Position numbers and translations under genes: made by a program
Notes under the pieces: model-generated
What the model was told of the DNA's origin: nothing
Database searches by the model: none
What the model saw: only the letters and a program-made list of their open reading frames with translations
In this document: positions 59,612-64,000 of the stretch, piece by piece
Position numbering within the stretch: the first letter of the stretch is position 1
Layout of the letters: each line of letters begins with the position of its first letter
NCBI GenBank assembly: GCA_963815455.1
Contig: CAWFGO010000003.1
Span: forward strand, 160,001-224,000
Direction: 5' to 3'
Source of the DNA: an uncultured Verrucomicrobiae bacterium
GTDB taxonomy: Bacteria > Verrucomicrobiota > Verrucomicrobiia > Chthoniobacterales > UBA10450
DNA length: 64,000 nt

Positions 59612-61084
59612 CTGACCCGGACGGAGACAGCCGCCGGTGTGGCGAAGCTGGATAAATTCGCTTACGATCTGGACGATCAGGTGACGGAGGCGCGATATAA
59701 CGTCGATGAGCAGCACAGCACGCAGGATCGGCTGTGCAGTTATGATTACGATCCGGCCGGCAACCGGAACACGATGACCGACAACGGTACACCGACAAAT
59801 TACACCGTGAACGACTTGAACCAGTATACCGCAGCCGGTACCAGCTCGATGGATTACGATCTGAACGGTAATCTCACCCATCAGGGAGTCTGGACTTACG
59901 TTTACGACGCCCAGAACCGGCTGGTGAGCGCCATCAGCTCTTCGCAACAGGTCGATTTCGCCTACGATCCGCGCAACCGTTGCCTGAGCCGAACGAGTTC
60001 GACGGCCGGAATCCAGGGACCGACGACGTTTTTTTATTATGACGGCTGGGAATTGATCGAAGAACACGACGCGAACCGCCAACTCCTGGCCCAGTACATT
60101 CACGGTGTGCGCGAGGACGAAATGATCGCCAAGATCGACAGCTACGGCACGGTCTATTATCACACCGATGCCGAAGGCAGCGTGGCGGCGTTGACCGACA
60201 CCAGCGGCAACGTGATCGAGCGTTACAAATACGACGCGTTCGGCAAAGCGACAATTCTGGACCCCTCGTCACTTGTCACTCGTCCCTCGTCACTGTTTGG
60301 TAATCGCTTCCTCTTCACCGGGCGCGAATGGTTGCCCGACCTCGGTTTGTACGACTATCGCAATCGCGTCTATTCACCCGAGCTTGGCCGTTTCCTTCAA
60401 ACCGATCCCAAGAGCTTCGACGCCGATCCGAGCAATCTGTATCGCTACTGTGGCAATGAGCCGTTAGATCGCGTCGATCCAATGGGGCTGGAGGACGACA
60501 CTAAGACCGGCAAAGTGCTAGTCGATAGCGGTAACCAGCAAGCGCAGAATGACACAAAGCAGCTTGAAGACGATGTTCGCAGATTTATCCAAAACGTTAG
60601 ACCTGAAGCATCGAAGATCGAACCTCAGAAGGTAGTGGAAGACTGTCGCCAGGATGCTCAACAGGCGAGACAAGACATGCAAGGACATCCCGAGCGAGAC
60701 GCGAATGGTACACGGCACGCGAGCGAGCGACATTATGTGGAAGTGGTCTCAAGCGATGGTAAGCAATTAGAGCGAAAGGGCCCGGCTGTTGGCGGGCGCT
60801 CCGGAGCCCCCCTTCCGGACACGGGAGGTAAGGCTCCGCTGACTTCGTCTCATGGTCATGGGCCCGACAGCCCGGGAGCGTGGCCACAGAAAAATGACAT
60901 TCCTGTTGCCAATGGAAAGGCCCCGAACCCATTCAAGACACCATGGATATCGGGAACCGCGTCGACTGGAGACAAGCGGGTTTATATTTATGTCCCTCCC
61001 TCGGGTCCAAAACAACTCGAAGCGAGATCGTCCGGGACCTTGTATCACTCAGACAACAACCGCCCTTGGGTCAAGGATTTTTAG
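59612..61084 (+). pseudogene. 5'-truncated Rhs/YD-repeat protein with core and variable C-terminal domain
   Basis: YD repeats, FTGREW, YDYRNRVYSPELGRFLQTDP, NLYRYCGNEP..DPMGL then ~200-aa tail. Confidence 0.85.
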
Positions 61085-61100
61085 TAGGGAGAAAGTCAAG

Positions 61101-61808
61101 ATGAAAAGAATATTTGCGGCATCTCTTGCATTTGGTCTGCTCTGTTCGAACGGATTCAGCGCCGCCCCAAACGTCAGTGGCGATCGATACGGGGACAAGG
61201 ATCATTTGGATCCCGTGGATTTCGAAGGCGAACTCGAATACCGAATTCTATTACTGCGAAAGCTCCTGCCCACGACCGAAAATTATGGCCGTGTGATCTT
61301 TATGCCTTCGAGTTCTGAAGGCGAATCGAGCGTAGCAGTCTATTCAAAATACACTGGTGACGCCGAGGTAGAAGTCATTGCGACCTACACAAAGGCGGAA
61401 AAGAATCTGTGGAACGCGAATTTCTCTGCAGATCCAAATCGAGGCAAGGAGCCAACTATCAAAGTCAACCGTATCGATGCTGCAATTCCAAAATCGACGG
61501 CACTCGCCATTCGCGAAGCTTGGAAGCAAATGCTATATCGCACACGACCGCCCGGATTAGGAGGCGGATTCGAAACTGATGCTACAACCGTGGAATTTGC
61601 CGTAATAGACAAAATGGGAGAAGCCCGCTATGGCGTGTTGCCGATCGGACGTGGCAAACATACGGAAGCTCTTTTTCAGTTGGCGAAGCTGTTAGTTTCA
61701 TACTGCCAAGCTGAGGGACCGAAGCAAAAGGCGATCGCGGAGGAGATCGAGCATCGTGCTAAAGCGCTCGTTGAGGATCTGAAGAAATTACCCTGCTCGA
61801 TACCTTAG
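61101..61808 (+). CDS. Exported hypothetical protein, candidate Rhs immunity
   Basis: Starts 16 bp after Rhs stop; signal peptide MKRIFAASLAFGLLC; lower GC. Confidence 0.6.
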   Translation: MKRIFAASLAFGLLCSNGFSAAPNVSGDRYGDKDHLDPVDFEGELEYRILLLRKLLPTTENYGRVIFMPSSSEGESSVAVYSKYTGDAEVEVIATYTKAEKNLWNANFSADPNRGKEPTIKVNRIDAAIPKSTALAIREAWKQMLYRTRPPGLGGGFETDATTVEFAVIDKMGEARYGVLPIGRGKHTEALFQLAKLLVSYCQAEGPKQKAIAEEIEHRAKALVEDLKKLPCSIP

Positions 61809-62019
61809 GTTATTTTGGGGATGGGCAGATAGGGGTCAGTCTAGGGTTGCATTGATTTGACGGACCCGCCTTCGAGGCTACGGCGCGGCAAGGAGTGGGC
61901 AAAGAGACAATTCAGTTCAGATGGTTGCTCCCAATCTGCGTAAATCTGCGAAATCTGCGGTCAAAACGTTCCTGAGTTCATGCTTTCCTTAGCGATTCGG
62001 AAAATGGAAGATGGTGCCA

Positions 62020-62603
62020 ATGAGATGCCCATCCTGCGGAGTTTCTTTTTCGACGCCGCCGGCTGAATGCCCGAATTGTAAACTTACTCTCGAGAAGCTC
62101 GACCGGAAGTTTGGGCTCGTGCCCTATTGCTCACGCTACCTGAGCGATCGCTCGGAAACTTTGCCGACGGCCGATATCGATGACTTGCGCGCCTTGCTCA
62201 AGCCTTTCGAGCAAAAGTTTCCGCAGATCGTCTTTTCCGTGGTCGTGATCAATTTGGGTGAGGACGTTTCCATTTCCGAATACGCTTTTTGGCTGGTCAA
62301 TCGCGCACGGATCAGCAGCGTGAACGCGACGGGTCCGAAGAATTTCGATCTTTTTCTGGTGGTCGATCCCAAAGGGCGGGCCGCGGCGATGCGTCGCCGG
62401 GTACCGGCTGGAGAAATATATCAGCGAACAGGATCTTCAAGAGGCTTTAGCCGGATTCCGCGCGGGCGATCTTGTCCGCGGCATTCGTGCGGGCATCGAG
62501 TTTATGACGGTCCGGCTCCAGGAAATTGTGCTCGGGATTGAAGAGACCAGGGCCGCGCAAGATTCGGCGCGAGACAGTCGCGGTCGAGCCCGATACGCCA
62601 TGA
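62020..62603 (+). CDS. Zinc-ribbon + TPM-domain-like protein, frameshifted; end approximate
   Basis: CPSC...CPNC then LSDRSETL...FEQKFPQ...EYAFWLVN. Confidence 0.5.
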
Positions 62604-63010
62604 GCTTAGGCAGAAAAAATATTCCTTCGCGGGTCGCAGTCGCAGCGTTGCTGATGTCGATCCTTCTGATCGCGTTTTCCCCGGGTGCGCGATCGCAGGG
62701 ACTTTCTTTCTCGACTGCAACGCCAACGCCTGAATCGTCGGTTACGGAAGAGAATCCGTTCGCCAAACTGGCGCGACCGCCGCGAAAACCGATCCCTTTG
62801 CGCTGGAAGATCGCGATTGTTCTTGTCGGTCTCGTCATTGCTTCTGCGGCGCTTTGGGTTTCGCTACGCGCCTGGCGATCGTCGAATCTTTTCGATCGGC
62901 AATATCGTTTTCCGGCCGTCGAAGCAGTTGCTCTGCGGCTCGGCGCGAACAAATCGGGCGGGCACATGGCAGCCATCACGTTCCGCAATCGCGCGGGGCC
63001 GGCAGGCTGA
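62600..63010 (+). CDS. Hypothetical membrane protein
   Basis: Signal-like segment and one further TM; start uncertain. Confidence 0.5.
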   Translation: MSLGRKNIPSRVAVAALLMSILLIAFSPGARSQGLSFSTATPTPESSVTEENPFAKLARPPRKPIPLRWKIAIVLVGLVIASAALWVSLRAWRSSNLFDRQYRFPAVEAVALRLGANKSGGHMAAITFRNRAGPAG

Positions 63011-63011
63011 C

Positions 63012-63102
63012 GAGGGTGGATCGGCCGCTCCGCGGGCGATGTCGAGTAAATGCGCCTCCGGCGCCAAGATTAGCAACGCGCTCGGAGATCGCGTTCCACC
63101 TC
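63012..63102. repeat. GGTGGA-type REP doublet between convergent genes
   Basis: ggtggatcggccgctccgcgggcgat ... aacgcgctcggagatcgcgttccacc. Confidence 0.6.
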
Positions 63103-64000
63103 ACCCTGCGAAAACCGTTAGGAACGCAACCTCGACCGCCAGCGCTTCCTGGATGTTGCGACCGAGATGATCGCGCAGCTCCTCGAGCCGGCGAATGCGC
63201 CGCAAGATTTCCGCCGTCCCGAAACGTTTGGCAACGGCCTCGGTCTCTTTCCGCGCCGCGCGAAATCATGCCGATCGACTCCGCTGGCCGCGCGAAGAAC
63301 GTCGGCCCACCACGCGACCAGGGTCTCGATCAGACCGGCCCGGCGCTGGAGGTAAAGACTTTCGGTTAGCGCTTTGTAATAATCTTCGCGTTCCTCGAGC
63401 CAGGCGCCATCGGTTGAATTCCGGTAGCGCGTTTCCTCGCCCTTGAGCGCTTCATCGGTCTCCGCCTTGATTTGCTCCCGAATCGCTCCGAGCAAACGCT
63501 GAAATTCCTGGGCCAGCCGATAGGCAAACTGAATGCTCCATGTTTGTTCGTTTGCCGATTCGCGTAGCAGCTCCACCAATTGCCCTTCTTCCGGCTTCGG
63601 TTTGTTTTCGCCATTCGCGTCCAGCGGAATTGATATGCAGCGGGAAAGAATTGTGTCCGGCAAAACTTCGGGCAATGCGCTCAGGAGAAGGAGCAGCGAA
63701 TCTTTGGGCGGTTCTTCCAGCGTCTTGAGGAAAGCGTTGGCGGCCTGCGGCTGCAACCGATCCGCCTCGGAAATGATGGCAACCTTTCGTCGGCCGTCCG
63801 ACGCGCGCATCTGCAGCGCATGCTCCAGCTGACGGACTTGCTCGATCACAATGCGCCGTGATTTCGATTCCGGTTCGGCGACAAAAATCTCGCGGGCGCG
63901 AGTCGAGAAAACGTCGTCCGGCTCGGTCCCATTCACCAGGTTCGCCAACTCCGCCGCAAGCTGCCGTTTTCCGCTGCCGGACGATCCGGAAATAAGATAG
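63101..64000 (-). CDS. holB: DNA polymerase III delta-prime subunit (5' partial; frameshift near 63260)
   Basis: YLISGSSGSGK, IEQVRQL, KVAIISEAD, AANAFLKTLEEPP, LPDTILSRC. Confidence 0.9.

Noticed and set aside
61822..61861. ggggtcagtctag...ttgatttgac as an end of another mobile element
   Set aside because: Single occurrence with no partner end or transposase in the window; cannot be supported

Overview
GC-rich bacterial chromosomal window, probably from a soil Verrucomicrobiota (Chthoniobacterales-like; inferred from a VPDSG/PEP-CTERM-type sorting signal and gene content). It is mostly housekeeping: fabF-like KAS, trmD-khpA-rpsP-ffh, metH, icd, pgi, a sigma-54 regulator, glnD, bactofilins, hflKC, fahA, gdh, murJ, pgl, msrA, fabG, holB and three tRNAs. 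There is also an Rhs locus interrupted by an IS3-family element. About a dozen genes, including normally essential ones, carry single-base frameshifts that look like long-read errors. The main signal is a REP/RAYT system that has entered protein-coding sequence. The 1503-aa MetH contains, in frame and without its own stop codon or an evident start, a complete REP-associated tyrosine transposase (HUH/Y1) domain. That domain is bracketed by a perfect 25-bp inverted repeat and sits in the linker between the homocysteine- and folate-binding domains. A free copy of the same REP lies at 5961-6008. A second REP doublet is translated further along MetH, and other palindromic or 7-mer repeats are translated inside PGI, an S9 peptidase, TrmD, an STT3-like protein and Rhs. 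REP GTAG ends supply the stop codons of three genes. All calls come from reading the sequence and ORF track by eye; no searches were run.
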